DNA from: Bryobacterales bacterium
GTDB lineage: Bacteria; Acidobacteriota; Terriglobia; Bryobacterales; UBA6623
DNA: 64,000 nucleotides
Assembly (NCBI GenBank): GCA_965206655.1
Contig: CBDBKC010000038.1
Span: forward strand, 831,430-895,429
Direction: 5' to 3'
Position numbers and translations under genes: made by a program. The notes under the pieces were generated by a model, which saw nothing but the letters and a program-made list of their open reading frames with translations, did no database searches and was not told where the DNA came from. The stretch's first letter is position 1, and the number at the start of each line of letters is the position of its first letter. Shown piece after piece: positions 1 to 11,433 of the stretch.

Positions 1-240
1 TAGAGCGTCCTGCCAGCGGTCGTGATAGACGAGGTCGTTCCAGTCGGGAATGATGTTGTTGAGCGGGCAACCGGTGTGGCAGAAGGGGATTCCGCAATCC
101 ATGCAGCGAGCGCCTTGCGTTTTTAGGACGGACTCGTCGGCGGGGATGTAGACCTCGCGGTAGTCTTTGATGCGCTCCTCGACCGGACGGCCTTTTGGGC
201 CCTCGCGAGTGTATTCCTTGAATCCGGTTACTTTACCCAT
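1..240 (-). CDS. gltD: Glutamate synthase small subunit, N-terminal part (partial; continues beyond window start)
   Basis: Minus-strand translation from ATG at 240 gives [80 protein letters not shown]; the Cys-rich 4Fe-4S motif is typical of GltD. It lies downstream of gltB. Absent from the ORF track because it has no stop inside the window. Confidence 0.75.
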   Translation of the reverse strand, partial: MGKVTGFKEYTREGPKGRPVEERIKDYREVYIPADESVLKTQGARCMDCGIPFCHTGCPLNNIIPDWNDLVYHDRWQDAL

Positions 241-251
241 GTGATTGCGGT

Positions 252-366
252 TGTATCGCCCTTCCAGGGCTCACTCTTTTTCAAACTTGTTACCCACGGC
301 TGAAGCCGTGGGCTATGATCTGTGGGCCCCTCCGGGGCCTCTTGCCGCGCTGCTGCGCGGATGATC
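252..366. repeat. REP-like repeat copy A, with hairpins cccacggc-tgaa-gccgtggg and gggcccctccggggcc
   Basis: Near-identical ~115 bp sequence recurs at 1043-1157 and inverted at 477-566. It contains perfect short palindromes. Confidence 0.7.
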
Positions 367-476
367 TTGTGCTACTGCGCTGCAAGCCTTTGGGATCTGA
401 CGCCCATGGGCGTTCGCGATCCGCCGTCTGTAGTCTACGCCGAAACGAGCACTCGGTCTTCGATTTGGCGCCCAAC

Positions 477-566
477 CGCCCCGGAGGGGCGATAGAATAT
501 AGCCGACGGCTTCAGCCGTGGGTATGGGACTCAAAAGGGCTGAGCCCTGGAAGGGCGATACAAGCC
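477..566. repeat. REP-like repeat, inverted copy
   Basis: Its reverse complement matches copy A/B (tgtatcgcccttccagggct...cccacggctgaagccgt...). Confidence 0.65.
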
Positions 567-567
567 G

Positions 568-1020
568 ATGCCCCATAGTCTCTCGGATATTCTGCTCCAC
601 ATTATCTTCTCGACGAAAGAGCGTCGCCCGACGATCACCGATGATCTCAAAGAGCGGCTCTTTCCGTATATGAGCACGATTGTGAAGGAGCGCGGGGGAG
701 TGGCACACATTGTGAACGGGACGGCGGACCACGTTCATATGTTGATCTCGATGCCGAACACGTTGTCCGTTGCGGAGATGATGCGGTTTGTCAAAGGCAG
801 TTCGTCGCGATGGGTGCACCAGGAGTTCACGGATAAGCGCGGATTCGGCTGGCAGACGGGGTATTCGGTGTTCAGTGTGAGCCGGTCGATGTTTGATCAG
901 GTTCATCGATATATTGTGCGTCAGGAGGAGCATCACCGTAAGGTTTCGTTTAAGGAAGAGTTGATCACGTTTCTCAAGAAGCATGAGGTGGAGTATGACG
1001 AGAAGTATCTTTGGTTGTAA
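568..1020 (+). CDS. REP-associated tyrosine transposase (RAYT), IS200/IS605 TnpA-like Y1 HUH enzyme
   Basis: 150 aa. Has an HxH motif (HVHMLIS) and a catalytic Tyr region (GYSVFSVS). Flanked on both sides by REP copies, a REPtron arrangement. Confidence 0.8.
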   Translation: MPHSLSDILLHIIFSTKERRPTITDDLKERLFPYMSTIVKERGGVAHIVNGTADHVHMLISMPNTLSVAEMMRFVKGSSSRWVHQEFTDKRGFGWQTGYSVFSVSRSMFDQVHRYIVRQEEHHRKVSFKEELITFLKKHEVEYDEKYLWL

Positions 1021-1042
1021 GGTCGTCGTTCCACGGATATTT

Positions 1043-1157
1043 TGTATCGCCCTTCCAGGGCTCCTCTTTTTTTGACTCGTTACCCACGGCTGAAGCCGTG
1101 GGCTATGATCTGTGGGCCCCTCCGGGGCCTTTTGCCGCGCTGCTGCGCGGACGATCG
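1043..1157. repeat. REP-like repeat copy B
   Basis: About 95% identical to 252-366. A partial fourth copy lies at 1228-1258. Confidence 0.7.
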
Positions 1158-1259
1158 TTTACTACTGAGTTGCCGATCTAGTATCGTTGCTCCTTATGCT
1201 CCTTGGACCCGACTCTCATGAGCATCTATCTATGGGCCCTTCCGGGGCCGAAACCGCGC

Positions 1260-4200
1260 CTACGCTGAGACTAGCGCTCGTTCTTCTTCGTAGCGATCGG
1301 CTAGGGCGCGCTTGAGTTCCTTCGGGAAGACCTTGATGAACTTGGGAAGCATCTCTTCCCAGTGATCCAGGACCCATCGGCCCTTCGGACTGTTGGTATA
1401 GCCGACGTGGCGCTCGATCAGGCCCTTCACGAACTGAATGTCTTCGGGTGCGTCGAGCGGTTCGAGGTCGACCATGGAATGGTTACAGGCTCGGTCGGCG
1501 AAGTCGCCGGCTTCATCGAGTACGAAGGCGAAGCCGCCGCTCATACCCGCACCGAAATTGCGGCCGGCTCCGCCCAGAATGACGACGCGTCCATTCGTCA
1601 TGTACTCGCAGCCGTGGTCGCCGATGCCTTCGACGACGACCGTCGCGCCGCTATTACGGATACAGAAGCGCTCGCCGGCCATGCCGTTGACGAATGCTTC
1701 TCCGGCCGTCGCGCCGTAGAACGTGACGTTGCCGATGATGATGTTTTCTTCGAAGACGAAGTTCGAACCGGTGGGCGGGAAGACGATCAGGCGTCCACCG
1801 GAAAGTCCCTTGCCGAAGTAGTCGTTGGCGTCGCCTTCGAGGGTCATCGTCATGCCGGGTGATGCCCATGCGCCAAAGCTCTGTCCGGCGGAACCCTTGA
1901 AGCCGATTCGGATCGTGTTGTCCGGCAGGCCTTCGTTGCCGTAGCGGCGCGCGATCTCGGCGCTCAACATCGTGCCGACGGTGCGGTTGATGTTGCGGAT
2001 CGGCATTTCGATCTCGACAGGCCGCTTGTTCTCCAGCGCCTGCTGTGATCGCTCGATGAGCTCGTTGTCGAGCTGCACCTCGAGTCCGTGGTCCTGTTTG
2101 GTCGTGCAGTAGCGCGGCACGCCGCGATCCACCGGCGGATCGAAGAAGACGCGGCTGAAGTCGAGTCCGCGCGCCTTCCAATGATCGATAGCTTTCTTGA
2201 CATCGAGCTTGTCGACCTGCCCGATCATCTCGTTGAAAGTGCGGAAGCCGATCTCGGCCATGATCTGGCGCGCTTCTTCGGCGATGAAGAAGAAGAAGTT
2301 GATGACGTTCTCCGGCTTGCCGTCGAACTTCTTGCGCAGCTCGGGGTCCTGCGTCGCGATGCCTACCGGACAGGTGTTGAGGTGACACTTGCGCATCATG
2401 ATGCAGCCCACCGAAATGAGCGGCAGCGTGGAGAAGCCGAATTCCTCGGCCCCGAGCAACGCGCCGATCACGACATCGCGGCCGCTCATGAGCTTACCGT
2501 CGACCTGGACCTTGATGCGGCTGCGCAGGTCATTCATCACGAGGACTTGCTGGGTTTCGGAGAGGCCGAGTTCCCAAGGCGTTCCCGCGTGGCGGATTGA
2601 ACTCATCGGTGACGCACCGGTACCGCCATCATGTCCGCTGATGAGGACGAGGTCGGCATGCGCTTTCGAAACGCCCGCGGCGACGGTACCGACACCGACT
2701 TCGGAGACGAGCTTCACGGAGACGTTGGCGCGGTTGTTGGAGTTCTTCAGATCGAAGATGAGCTGCGCGAGGTCTTCGATCGAATAGATGTCGTGGTGCG
2801 GCGGCGGCGAGATGAGCCCAACGCCGGGGGTCGAGTGCCGCAGCCGGGCGATGGTCTCGTCGACCTTGTGGCCGGGAAGCTGTCCGCCTTCGCCGGGTTT
2901 GGCGCCCTGGGCTACTTTGATCTGGAGCTCGTCGGCGTTGACGAGGTATTCGGCTGTCACACCGAACCGCGCGGATGCGACCTGCTTGATCGCGCTACGG
3001 CGCCAATCGCCATTCGGATCGCGAGTGAAGCGATCCGGGTCTTCCCCGCCCTCGCCGGTGTTACTGCGGCCGCCGATGCGGTTCATGGCGATAGCCAATG
3101 TTTCGTGGGCTTCACGGCTAATCGACCCGAATGACATGGCGCCGGTGCAGAAGCGCTTGACGATGTCTTTAGCCGGCTCGACCTCTTCAATCGGGATCGG
3201 GTGCTCGACCTTCTTGAACTCAAAGAGTCCACGCAATGTGCAAAGACTCTTGCTGAGATCGTTGACGGTGGAGGTGAATTCCTTGAAGCTGCTGAAGTTG
3301 CCGCGTTGGACGGAGTGCTGCAGTTTCGAGACGGTATCAGGGTTCAGCAGATGCTGTTCGCCACGAACGCGGAACTGGTATTCGCCGCCGACGTCGAGTT
3401 TTGTAACGTCGTCGGTGAGCGGCTGGTAGGCGTAGCGGTGTCGCCGAACGGATTCCTGCGCTAGGACATCGAGACCGACGCCTTCGATCTGGGATGTGGT
3501 CCCCGTCAGATACTTGTCGACGATGGACTGACTCAGGCCGACTGCCTCGAAAATCTGTGCGCCGTGATAGCTGCGGACAGTCGAGATACCCATTTTCGAC
3601 ATGACCTTGAGGACGCCTTTGCGGAGGGCTTTGATGTAGTTCTTCGATGCGTCCTCGATGCTCAGCCCGGGCGCAAGCAGCTCGAGCCGGTGCATGTCCT
3701 CGAGGGTTTCGAAGGCCAGGTAAGGGTTGATGGCGGTCGCGCCGTAGCCGAGCAGCAGGCAGAAGTGCATCACTTCGCGCGGCTCGCCGGATTCGACGAT
3801 CAAACCGACATCACCTCGGGTTGTAGCGCGGATGAGGTGGTGGTGTACGGCGCCGAGAGCCAACAGGCTGGGAATGGGGGCCCACTCCTCGTTGACGCCG
3901 CGATCGGAGAGGATGAGGACGCTGTAACCTTGGCGCGCGGCAGCTTCAGCGTTTTCGCAGAGCTCATCCAAGGATTTCTGGAGGCCATCGGCGCCGTCGC
4001 TCGCGCGGAACAGCGTCTTGAGCGTGTGAGCACCGAAACGGATTTTCCCACCGGCCCCATCGAGCGCGCCATTGCCGTACTCAGCCGAGCCGGGTTCGCC
4101 GACGCCCCGGAGCTTCTCCAACTCGTGATTCGTCAGGATCGGTAGGGGCAGCTTCAACTGATGGGCGTGTTCGGCGGATTCCGCGAGCAGATTGCCGTCC

Positions 4201-5846
4201 GCGCCGGCGTAGACGGTCGTCGACATCACGAGCTCTTCGCGGATCGGATCGATGGCGGGGTTCGTGACCTGCGCGAATAGTTGCTTGAAATAATTGAAGA
4301 GCAGTTGCGGGCGGTCCGATAGGCAGGCGAGCGGCGTGTCGATGCCCATCGAGCCGAGCGGCTCCTGGCCCTTGACAGCCATCGGGCCCAGAATCAAGCG
4401 CTCGTCTTCGAGGGTGTAGCCGAAGATGCGCTGACGCTGCAGAAGCGTGTCCCAATTCGTGCCGTGGACCTGCATCGGCTCGGGAAGCTTATCGATGTGG
4501 ATCAGATTCTCATCGAGCCACTGGCGGTAGGGCCTGCGCTTCGCAATGGTCTCTTTGACCTCTTGGTCTTCAACGATGCGGCCTTCTTCGGTGTCGACGA
4601 GAAAGATGCGGCCGGGCTGCAAGCGGCCCTTGAGACGCACATTCTCGGGCGGGATGTCGAGCACGCCGGCTTCGGAAGCCATCACGACAAGATCGTCGTG
4701 AGTGACCCAGTAGCGGTTGGGTCGCAGGCCGTTGCGGTCGAGGACGCCTCCGACGTAGCGCCCGTCGGTGAAAACAACGGACGCCGGACCGTCCCAGGGT
4801 TCCATCATGGAAGCGTGGAACTCATAGAAGGCTTTCTTGTAGTCCTCCATATGAGTATGCGCGTCCCAGGCTTCGGGGATGAGCATCATCATCGAGTGCG
4901 CCGTCGAGCGGCCCGCTTGGATGAGTAGTTCCAAAGCGTTGTCGATCATCGTCGAGTCGCTGCCGGCCTCGTCGATGACAGGCAGGATCTTCTTGATGTC
5001 GTCGCCGAAGAGCGGCGAGGTGAGCGTGGCCTCGCGCGCACGCATCCAATTGATGTTGCCGCGCAAGGTGTTGATTTCGCCGTTGTGCGCCAAGTAACGA
5101 AAAGGTTGAGCGCGCTCCCAGGTCGGAAAGGTGTTGGTTGAGAACCGTTGGTGAACGAGCGCGATGGCCGACTGGAAATCGGAATCGCCCAGGTCGGGAT
5201 AGAAGTTGGGGATCTGGGGGGCGATGAGAAGACCCTTGTAGCAGACAGTGCGCGAAGAAAGGCTGCAGGGGTAGAAGCGCGGGATCTCTTGCTTGAGCGC
5301 CGCCGACTCCATTCGCTTGCGTAGAACGTAAAGTTTACGCTCGAAGCTATCGCCCTCGAGGTGTGCCGTGTCCGCCCCCTTGCCTATGAAAACCTGTTCG
5401 ATCTTGGGTTCGGATTCACGAGCCAGCCAACCAATCGCGCTGCTATCAACCGGCACTTCGCGCCAGCCGAGTAATGTGAGGTCCTCTTCCTCGACGACCT
5501 GAGCGACCATCTGGCGTGCGGCGGTCTGGTCGGCAGGCTTCTTCGAGAAGAAGAGCATGCCGACACCGTATTGACCCTCGACCGGCAGCGTGACTTGGAG
5601 CGACGCCGCCTCACGCCGGAAGAATTGATCTGGGATCTGTAACAACAAGCCCGCGCCGTCGCCTGTATCCGGGTCGCAGCCGCAGGCGCCGCGGTGGGTC
5701 AGATTCACGAGGACTTCAATACCCTGCTGGACGATCTGATGGGAACGGCGGCCCCGAATATCGGCGACGAAGCCGATGCCGCAAGCGTCGTGCTCGCGTT
5801 GAGGGTCGTAGAGACCTTGGCGTTTCGGTAGACCGAACGTACTCAT
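1260..5846 (-). CDS. gltB: Glutamate synthase large subunit
   Basis: 1528 aa. N-terminal amidotransferase Cys (…[12 protein letters not shown]…), FMN/Fe-S central domain and C-terminal GXGXG region; classic GltB architecture. Confidence 0.95.
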   Translation of the reverse strand: MSTFGLPKRQGLYDPQREHDACGIGFVADIRGRRSHQIVQQGIEVLVNLTHRGACGCDPDTGDGAGLLLQIPDQFFRREAASLQVTLPVEGQYGVGMLFFSKKPADQTAARQMVAQVVEEEDLTLLGWREVPVDSSAIGWLARESEPKIEQVFIGKGADTAHLEGDSFERKLYVLRKRMESAALKQEIPRFYPCSLSSRTVCYKGLLIAPQIPNFYPDLGDSDFQSAIALVHQRFSTNTFPTWERAQPFRYLAHNGEINTLRGNINWMRAREATLTSPLFGDDIKKILPVIDEAGSDSTMIDNALELLIQAGRSTAHSMMMLIPEAWDAHTHMEDYKKAFYEFHASMMEPWDGPASVVFTDGRYVGGVLDRNGLRPNRYWVTHDDLVVMASEAGVLDIPPENVRLKGRLQPGRIFLVDTEEGRIVEDQEVKETIAKRRPYRQWLDENLIHIDKLPEPMQVHGTNWDTLLQRQRIFGYTLEDERLILGPMAVKGQEPLGSMGIDTPLACLSDRPQLLFNYFKQLFAQVTNPAIDPIREELVMSTTVYAGADGNLLAESAEHAHQLKLPLPILTNHELEKLRGVGEPGSAEYGNGALDGAGGKIRFGAHTLKTLFRASDGADGLQKSLDELCENAEAAARQGYSVLILSDRGVNEEWAPIPSLLALGAVHHHLIRATTRGDVGLIVESGEPREVMHFCLLLGYGATAINPYLAFETLEDMHRLELLAPGLSIEDASKNYIKALRKGVLKVMSKMGISTVRSYHGAQIFEAVGLSQSIVDKYLTGTTSQIEGVGLDVLAQESVRRHRYAYQPLTDDVTKLDVGGEYQFRVRGEQHLLNPDTVSKLQHSVQRGNFSSFKEFTSTVNDLSKSLCTLRGLFEFKKVEHPIPIEEVEPAKDIVKRFCTGAMSFGSISREAHETLAIAMNRIGGRSNTGEGGEDPDRFTRDPNGDWRRSAIKQVASARFGVTAEYLVNADELQIKVAQGAKPGEGGQLPGHKVDETIARLRHSTPGVGLISPPPHHDIYSIEDLAQLIFDLKNSNNRANVSVKLVSEVGVGTVAAGVSKAHADLVLISGHDGGTGASPMSSIRHAGTPWELGLSETQQVLVMNDLRSRIKVQVDGKLMSGRDVVIGALLGAEEFGFSTLPLISVGCIMMRKCHLNTCPVGIATQDPELRKKFDGKPENVINFFFFIAEEARQIMAEIGFRTFNEMIGQVDKLDVKKAIDHWKARGLDFSRVFFDPPVDRGVPRYCTTKQDHGLEVQLDNELIERSQQALENKRPVEIEMPIRNINRTVGTMLSAEIARRYGNEGLPDNTIRIGFKGSAGQSFGAWASPGMTMTLEGDANDYFGKGLSGGRLIVFPPTGSNFVFEENIIIGNVTFYGATAGEAFVNGMAGERFCIRNSGATVVVEGIGDHGCEYMTNGRVVILGGAGRNFGAGMSGGFAFVLDEAGDFADRACNHSMVDLEPLDAPEDIQFVKGLIERHVGYTNSPKGRWVLDHWEEMLPKFIKVFPKELKRALADRYEEERALVSA

Positions 5847-6104
5847 AGAAAACCTGGGCCTTGCCTATTGCCGGATGCCGATCCCGTCAAACCGTGGGAC
5901 GCGACTACACTTGCTTGCTTAAGCTCGGAGGGACCGAGCCACCTCGTTCCGAAACAAGGTACTCCTCACCGAGGGGTTCTAGCAGAATAACACTCGGCCT
6001 TTATAATAGCAAGCGAAATATGGCTAGATCTTTATTAGACTTTCTAATACAGTAAACCCCGGAAAACAGATCTTATACCATTGCAGACAAATGGTTTACG
6101 GGTG
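5847..6104 (-). promoter_or_regulatory. AT-rich upstream region of the gltBD operon (putative promoter/leader)
   Basis: The only markedly AT-rich stretch for several kb, immediately 5' of the gltB start. Confidence 0.3.
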
Positions 6105-6659
6105 CTAATAGGCTTCTCGATCGGGAGTGAATCTTTTGAGAATCAGTGCGGCGAGGACCCATGAGGCGACGTGATAGCAGGCCATGTGGAGCTTCCAGCC
6201 CCAGGAGATGTGCCACCAGACCGAGTCGCCCAGATCGATCATGACCGCGGCCGCGAGTCCACCCAGCGCGGCGAACTTGAGGACCGCTCCATAGGTGGGA
6301 AGCGCCGGGCCGACGAGTTTCAGCAGGAGGGCGATCAGTGCCGTCGTGATGAGGGTGAGGAGAAAGCCCTTGGCCATGACGTCGGACTGCATGACGGGTT
6401 TCCCTTCCCGCGTGATATGCACGAAGCCGATGGGGCCGGCTTCATGGAGACGGGTGAGGGTCGCCTCGTCATTGTCGTGGCTGGGGATGTAGTAGGTGCC
6501 GCTCTTCGGAAAGTGCTCGAGCAGGGCGCGGCCGGCGGCCTCGTCGTCGGGTGTTCGTTCCCAACTGGTGTAGGGCAGCGGGTTGAGCCCCCAGTAGAGG
6601 AAGCCGAAGAAGTAGCAGGCGATGGTGGCGAGAATGATGCCGAGAATGGTTCGCTTCAC
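6105..6659 (-). CDS. Hypothetical integral membrane protein
   Basis: 184 aa ORF with 3-4 hydrophobic helices; no recognisable motif. Confidence 0.45.
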   Translation of the reverse strand: MKRTILGIILATIACYFFGFLYWGLNPLPYTSWERTPDDEAAGRALLEHFPKSGTYYIPSHDNDEATLTRLHEAGPIGFVHITREGKPVMQSDVMAKGFLLTLITTALIALLLKLVGPALPTYGAVLKFAALGGLAAAVMIDLGDSVWWHISWGWKLHMACYHVASWVLAALILKRFTPDREAY

Positions 6660-6669
6660 GGGGCGGCTC

Positions 6670-6788
6670 CTGAGGGTCTGTGAAAAAACTGGGGACAGTC
6701 CGCGGCGCGCCGCGTGTGAGCGCTGCGAACAAGGGAGTTACGCGGGCGGCGCTTGGTACAGTCCCCGTTTTTTCACAGACCCTGAGCG
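6670..6788. repeat. MITE-like palindromic element, copy 1 (core GGGGACAGTCC … GGTACAGTCCCC flanked by ctgtgaaaaaa / ttttttcacag)
   Basis: Same ~100 bp element recurs at 32620-32722, 32951-33050, 34210-34318 and 34737-34833. Confidence 0.7.
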
Positions 6789-6969
6789 TGCAGTAGCGCT
6801 ATCGATTAACAACTTTGTTAAATGTTAGGCGACTGGGCCGGGGGCTGTCAACGGCTCAGCAACGATCGGTGGATGCGCGGACCTGGATCGCGGAGACTCG
6901 CGACCCGGCAAAGCTGGAGCCTTGCGCCACATCGATCACACGCAAGGTTCTTACGTAGCCTCCCGCTAC

Positions 6970-7458
6970 TCAATCCACTCGCGCCGCGAAGTCCCGAGCC
7001 ACCATGTCGGCATCTTCCTGGGGCAAACCGACGATCCCTAACACCCAACGCGCCTTTTGCATGACCAGAACGTCCTGCACGCCGTCTTTGCCAAAGTAGC
7101 CGCCCATGTGGGCCAAGTACTTCGGCCCCTCCATTTGCGCCCGATACTCATTCAGCAGCAGAGCCGCCGAGGTCGGTGAGTCGACTTGAACCAGGAACTG
7201 TTGCCACCTCTTGCCGTTGTCATCGTACTGGGCGATGTTGCCGCCCGGCAGAAAGTCCTTTCCCAATACATGGTTGTCGACGATTTCAACGGAAACACGG
7301 TTTTGAGATGGAAAGCGGCGCGTCTCTTCGCGCGGCTTTTTGAGCAGGGGCGGAGCCGCCTCGGCTTTCGGTTCCTCGGGTTGATCGCTGGGAATGCTGC
7401 AACCGGAAGAGGCGCCGATGATCACCGACACGGTCGAGACTAAGAGCACTTTGCTCAT
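6970..7458 (-). CDS. Putative lipoprotein (signal peptide + Cys)
   Basis: MSKVLLVSTVSVIIGASSGC… lipobox-like; GGGAGGA Shine-Dalgarno upstream of ATG at 7458. The longer ORF start at 7536 is less likely. Confidence 0.45.
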   Translation of the reverse strand: MSKVLLVSTVSVIIGASSGCSIPSDQPEEPKAEAAPPLLKKPREETRRFPSQNRVSVEIVDNHVLGKDFLPGGNIAQYDDNGKRWQQFLVQVDSPTSAALLLNEYRAQMEGPKYLAHMGGYFGKDGVQDVLVMQKARWVLGIVGLPQEDADMVARDFAARVD

Positions 7459-7569
7459 ACATCCTCCCAGGAAAACCCTCTTTCGTTCGTTCACTCGCGT
7501 TGCGTTGACGCAGCTTAGGCAGGCGGATCGGTACAATGAACGGACCCGCGCGCTCGCCTCTGCCCATCC

Positions 7570-8982
7570 ATGTTCAATCCCGTCATCCTTAGCTTTGTCG
7601 GCTTTCTCATTGCGTTCATTCTCATCGGGGCCTACGCCTCGCGGCGCAAGACAGACACCACCGAGGACTACCTGCTCGCCAGCCGCAGCATCGGCCCCTG
7701 GTTCACGGCGCTATCGGCCGTGTCGACGAACAACAGCGGATTCATGTTCATCGGCCTTATCGGAACAACATACACCATGGGCCTGTCGGCCGTGTGGATT
7801 ATGTTCGGCTGGATTTTCGGCGACTATCTGATGTGGTTTTGGATTCATCGGCGTCTCCGTGAAGGGAGCGAAGCGCGGCACGCGCGCACGATCCCTTCAT
7901 TCCTGGCGGCGGAGATGCCTGGCGGACGGCGGTTGGTGCAGGGGACCGCGGCCGTGATTACGCTTACTTTTCTCGGAACTTACTCGGCGGCCCAGTTGAA
8001 TGCGGGTAGCAAGGCTCTGAACGTCCTGTTTGGCTGGCCTTACTCCACGGGCGCTATCGTAGGGGCGGTCATCGTTGTTATCTACTGCTTCGCCGGCGGC
8101 ATTCGAGCCTCGATCTGGACCGACGTTGTGCAATCGATCAACATGCTCTTCGCGGTCTGGCTGCTTTTCGGCCTCGCGCTCTACGAAGTGGGGGGATTCA
8201 GCTCGTTGTGGTCGCAGCTTGAAGCGATCGATCCGCAGCTCATCAATTGGAGCCCGCCGAACCCCAGATTCGGATTGGCGCTGTTTGTCTTCGGTTGGTT
8301 CGGCGCGGGGATTGGGGTCGTTGGGCAGCCGCATATCATGGTTCGCGCGATGTCAATTCGCTCAGGCCAGGACATTGCGAAGGCGCGTGACATTTACTTG
8401 ATCTGGTACCTGCTTTTCACGATCGCTTGCTATGGAGTTGCGCTGGCCTGCCGCATCCTGATCCCGGATGTTGGTGCGTTCGATGCCGAGTTAGCACTTC
8501 CAACGTTAGCGATCGAGTACCTTCCCGGCGTGCTGGTCGGACTCGTGCTCGCGGGACTTTTCGCGGCGACGATGTCGACGGCCGACTCGCAGGTGCTGTC
8601 GTGTTCGGCGGCGCTCACCCAGGACCTGTTTCCTGAATGGAGTGAGTCGTACGCGAAATCGAAATTGGCAACCCTGTTCGTGATGGCCGCAGTTCTGGGT
8701 ATCGCGCTTTTTGCGAGCCAGAATGTTTTTGCGCTCGTTACGCTGTCTTGGTCCGCGCTGGGCGCTTCGCTCGGCCCGCTGTTGATTGTGCGGGCGATGC
8801 GTTGGCCGGTGAATGCCCGGACCGGCTTCGGCATGATGGTCGGCGGCTTGGCGGGCGCGATCGTGTGGGGTAAAGTGCTCGGCTACGGCAACGACCTGTT
8901 TGAAGCGATGCCCGGCTTCCTACTTAGTTTCGCCGTCTATTTGCTGTTGCGCCCGCGTGGCGGACCGCCGACACCTCACTAG
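7570..8982 (+). CDS. Sodium:solute symporter (SSS family) transporter
   Basis: 470 aa with 12-13 TM segments; N-terminal region resembles PutP/SSS family. Confidence 0.75.
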   Translation: MFNPVILSFVGFLIAFILIGAYASRRKTDTTEDYLLASRSIGPWFTALSAVSTNNSGFMFIGLIGTTYTMGLSAVWIMFGWIFGDYLMWFWIHRRLREGSEARHARTIPSFLAAEMPGGRRLVQGTAAVITLTFLGTYSAAQLNAGSKALNVLFGWPYSTGAIVGAVIVVIYCFAGGIRASIWTDVVQSINMLFAVWLLFGLALYEVGGFSSLWSQLEAIDPQLINWSPPNPRFGLALFVFGWFGAGIGVVGQPHIMVRAMSIRSGQDIAKARDIYLIWYLLFTIACYGVALACRILIPDVGAFDAELALPTLAIEYLPGVLVGLVLAGLFAATMSTADSQVLSCSAALTQDLFPEWSESYAKSKLATLFVMAAVLGIALFASQNVFALVTLSWSALGASLGPLLIVRAMRWPVNARTGFGMMVGGLAGAIVWGKVLGYGNDLFEAMPGFLLSFAVYLLLRPRGGPPTPH

Positions 8983-9129
8983 CTTGGTGGATTTGCCTGG
9001 AAGTCCGGCGTCAAACACCGGCGACGCAGGGGTTTCGCAGCTCGCCAAGGCTCTCAACCGAACGCGGCCTCGTAATCGACTTCGTTCGAAAAGGATGAGA
9101 TCTCGATGTTGACGCCGGGCGGGGGCGAC

Positions 9130-10584
9130 CTACCCGCCGGGATAGCGTCGATCAAGCCATGTTTGGAGGTCTTCCATGGATGACCAGTCCGGCTCGTCGG
9201 CGACACCGTAGCCTGGGCGTTGGAGGCTGGCGCAGTTGACCGAGCCGTCTCGTACGTTCAGAAACCACTCATCCCCTCGTTTCGCGTAGAGGTCGGTGTG
9301 GTGGCGGGCGACGGACGCCTTGTCGCCCTCGGACAGCATGGAGAGCCCGTAGTTGTAGTGGTGGCCGTTTCGCTCGCAGTGGTCGATCCCGAGGACGGCG
9401 AGCGAGGCGAAATCTTGATGGAGCGGCACGATCGGCAAATTCTGAAGATCCTCACCGCTCATGAAAGCGGGTTCGCCGAGCCGGTTGTAGTGGGTTACGA
9501 GCGCCCGGTTGAGGAGCGACTTGAAGAAGCCCTTGCAGTTTTTGTGCGATACGCCGCGATAGCCGATCCGATAGGCGTCGCGGTAGCTCGTCAGGCTGCC
9601 GTCGGCCTCGTCGATGAGGAGCGGCTTGCGTTCGGCGATGCGGCGGATGGCCGGCGTGGTTTCCGGATCGAGGGTCAGCGCGCGCGGCAATGGTTGTTCG
9701 ATCCAGAGTAGGTGTTGAAAGAGGCCGAGCTGTTGCTTCTCGAGATCGCCGACAAAGGCCTCGAACTCGGCCAGGTCGTAGTAGGCCTCGTTCGCATCCA
9801 TCGTGACGTGGGCGCCTCGGTTCGCGGGTAGGATTTCCCAGATGCGCGTCATACGCCGCAGGTCTTTCTTCCGGTCGCCGGACAATTTGAGTTTGAAGTA
9901 ACGAAGTCCGTCTTCGCGGATGTACTCTTGCAGGGTTTCGGGCAGGCCGTCGTTCACTCGATCTGACGCGGGCAAATCGTCGCCGGTGAGAGGGTCGGAG
10001 TTGCCCACAGTGTGCCGGATGTGAAATGCCGTGAGCGGTTCGGGGGAGGTGTAGTCGGCGGCTCGCAGTTCCTCTGTTTCCCGGTGGATCTTCTCTGGTT
10101 GGAAACCCAGGCGACCGGCACGGACCATCTCAAAAATCGACTTGCCGGCGAGTCGGCAGACGGCATCGAGCAGTGCCCGCTCAAAAAGAGCGGACGCAAA
10201 GGCTGACGTTAGGGCTTCCTGCTTTCTCTCTTTCCCGGCCTGGGTGATTTTCGGATGCCGGGACCGCCACTCCGCGAATGGTGTTTCAAACTCGTTCGCG
10301 TCCGATAGGTAGATGCCGCGCGCCGCGTAGATCAAGTCCACTAATTCACGAAGCTTCTGACCCTTCTCGCGGCCGGGGCGCTTGTCGAGCCAGCGTACAG
10401 ACAGGCGGTCGGCCGCGCAGCCGAAGGTTTCGTTGCCCTCGGTGTCGCGGATGACCATGCGCACGTGGGCGATGGGGCTCGTCGCGTGGGTGCCCTCGCT
10501 GCCCATGCGGCCGATCGACATCGATACGCGATTGGGCAACGTCTCGCGCATATACAGCTCGATGGTTCGAATGCGATAGGCCAT
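9130..10584 (-). CDS. Enolase-superfamily (mandelate racemase/muconate lactonizing enzyme-like) protein
   Basis: 484 aa. Metal-ligand motifs in order: VTMDANEAY (D), WIEQP (E), LLIDEAD (D). Confidence 0.5.
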   Translation of the reverse strand: MAYRIRTIELYMRETLPNRVSMSIGRMGSEGTHATSPIAHVRMVIRDTEGNETFGCAADRLSVRWLDKRPGREKGQKLRELVDLIYAARGIYLSDANEFETPFAEWRSRHPKITQAGKERKQEALTSAFASALFERALLDAVCRLAGKSIFEMVRAGRLGFQPEKIHRETEELRAADYTSPEPLTAFHIRHTVGNSDPLTGDDLPASDRVNDGLPETLQEYIREDGLRYFKLKLSGDRKKDLRRMTRIWEILPANRGAHVTMDANEAYYDLAEFEAFVGDLEKQQLGLFQHLLWIEQPLPRALTLDPETTPAIRRIAERKPLLIDEADGSLTSYRDAYRIGYRGVSHKNCKGFFKSLLNRALVTHYNRLGEPAFMSGEDLQNLPIVPLHQDFASLAVLGIDHCERNGHHYNYGLSMLSEGDKASVARHHTDLYAKRGDEWFLNVRDGSVNCASLQRPGYGVADEPDWSSMEDLQTWLDRRYPGG

Positions 10585-10596
10585 GACTTGTGATCT

Positions 10597-11433
10597 CTAT
10601 TGTCCGCCAAGAGGTGCGACCAGACGGCGGAAAGTTTCGCCGGCCTCGAATGGGTCGTCTTGTGCGGCGGCGGCTGCCCTATTGAGCAGCCAGTGTTTCG
10701 GGTCGGGTCCGCATGGCAAACCTGGGAGTTGTGTTTCGTGGCAACTCAGGGCCGCCGCCTGAGTGTCGAGATAGCCGCTCACGTCGACAATCGTTCCCGG
10801 TTCATCGGAATCCCACAGAAGAAGCTCATGAACCTTGTGTGGCTCGAGCCCTTGCCGGATGTGTTCGGGGAAATGCAGGCGGTCGCGGACATAGGGGTAG
10901 GTCGCGTCCTGCACAACGATGCCGGCGATGCGATGGTCGCGATGAGAGAACCCGCGGCGGCGGTAGGGGTCGTGGGTGAGAACGGTCTCGGGGCGATGCC
11001 TGCGGATGAGCTCGACGATGCGGCCTCGAAATTCGACCGTGTCGTCGAGGCCGCCATCGGGCAAGCCCAGCATGACAAGCTCGCGAACACCGAGCCGGCA
11101 GGCGGCGGTTTGCTGCTCGGCGAGCCGAATGCGAGCAACGTTGGCGGGCGTGAGTGCCGGTTGGGCTGTGCCGGCGGCGCCATTGGTGCAGACGACAAGG
11201 GTCACTTCACATCCGGCGGTGATCCACTTCGCCAGCGTGGCGCCGGCGTTGAGTTCGGCGTCGTCGGGATGAGCCGACACGGCCATAGCGCGCTGCGGGA
11301 TAGAGTCGAGATGTTCGAAACGGGGCATGTCCAGAACAAAGTACCCTGAAGCTTTCCCATGGTAGATTGTTTGTCCGAACTCCATGATGACAGCCCCGCG
11401 GTGAAAGACGTTAAACCCCCCACCGATGCGCAC
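10597..11433 (-). CDS. PIG-L/LmbE-family N-acetylglucosaminyl deacetylase (MshB/BshB-like); true start likely internal
   Basis: AHPDDAE signature (MAVSAHPDDAELNAGATL…). Divergent from the GT4 gene. Confidence 0.7.
   Translation of the reverse strand: MRIGGGFNVFHRGAVIMEFGQTIYHGKASGYFVLDMPRFEHLDSIPQRAMAVSAHPDDAELNAGATLAKWITAGCEVTLVVCTNGAAGTAQPALTPANVARIRLAEQQTAACRLGVRELVMLGLPDGGLDDTVEFRGRIVELIRRHRPETVLTHDPYRRRGFSHRDHRIAGIVVQDATYPYVRDRLHFPEHIRQGLEPHKVHELLLWDSDEPGTIVDVSGYLDTQAAALSCHETQLPGLPCGPDPKHWLLNRAAAAAQDDPFEAGETFRRLVAPLGGQ

Noticed and set aside
313-984. 223-aa minus-strand ORF overlapping the RAYT gene and REP copies
   Set aside because: Lies antisense to a well-supported RAYT CDS and spans repeat hairpins. 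Arg/Pro/His-rich composition is typical of spurious high-GC antisense frames.
1362-5097. Numerous 60-250 aa ORFs on both strands inside gltB (e.g. 1654-2388, 2088-2600, 3564-4145)
   Set aside because: All are embedded in or antisense to the 1528-aa GltB frame, whose homology is unambiguous. They are low-complexity Arg/Ala-rich and have no start context.
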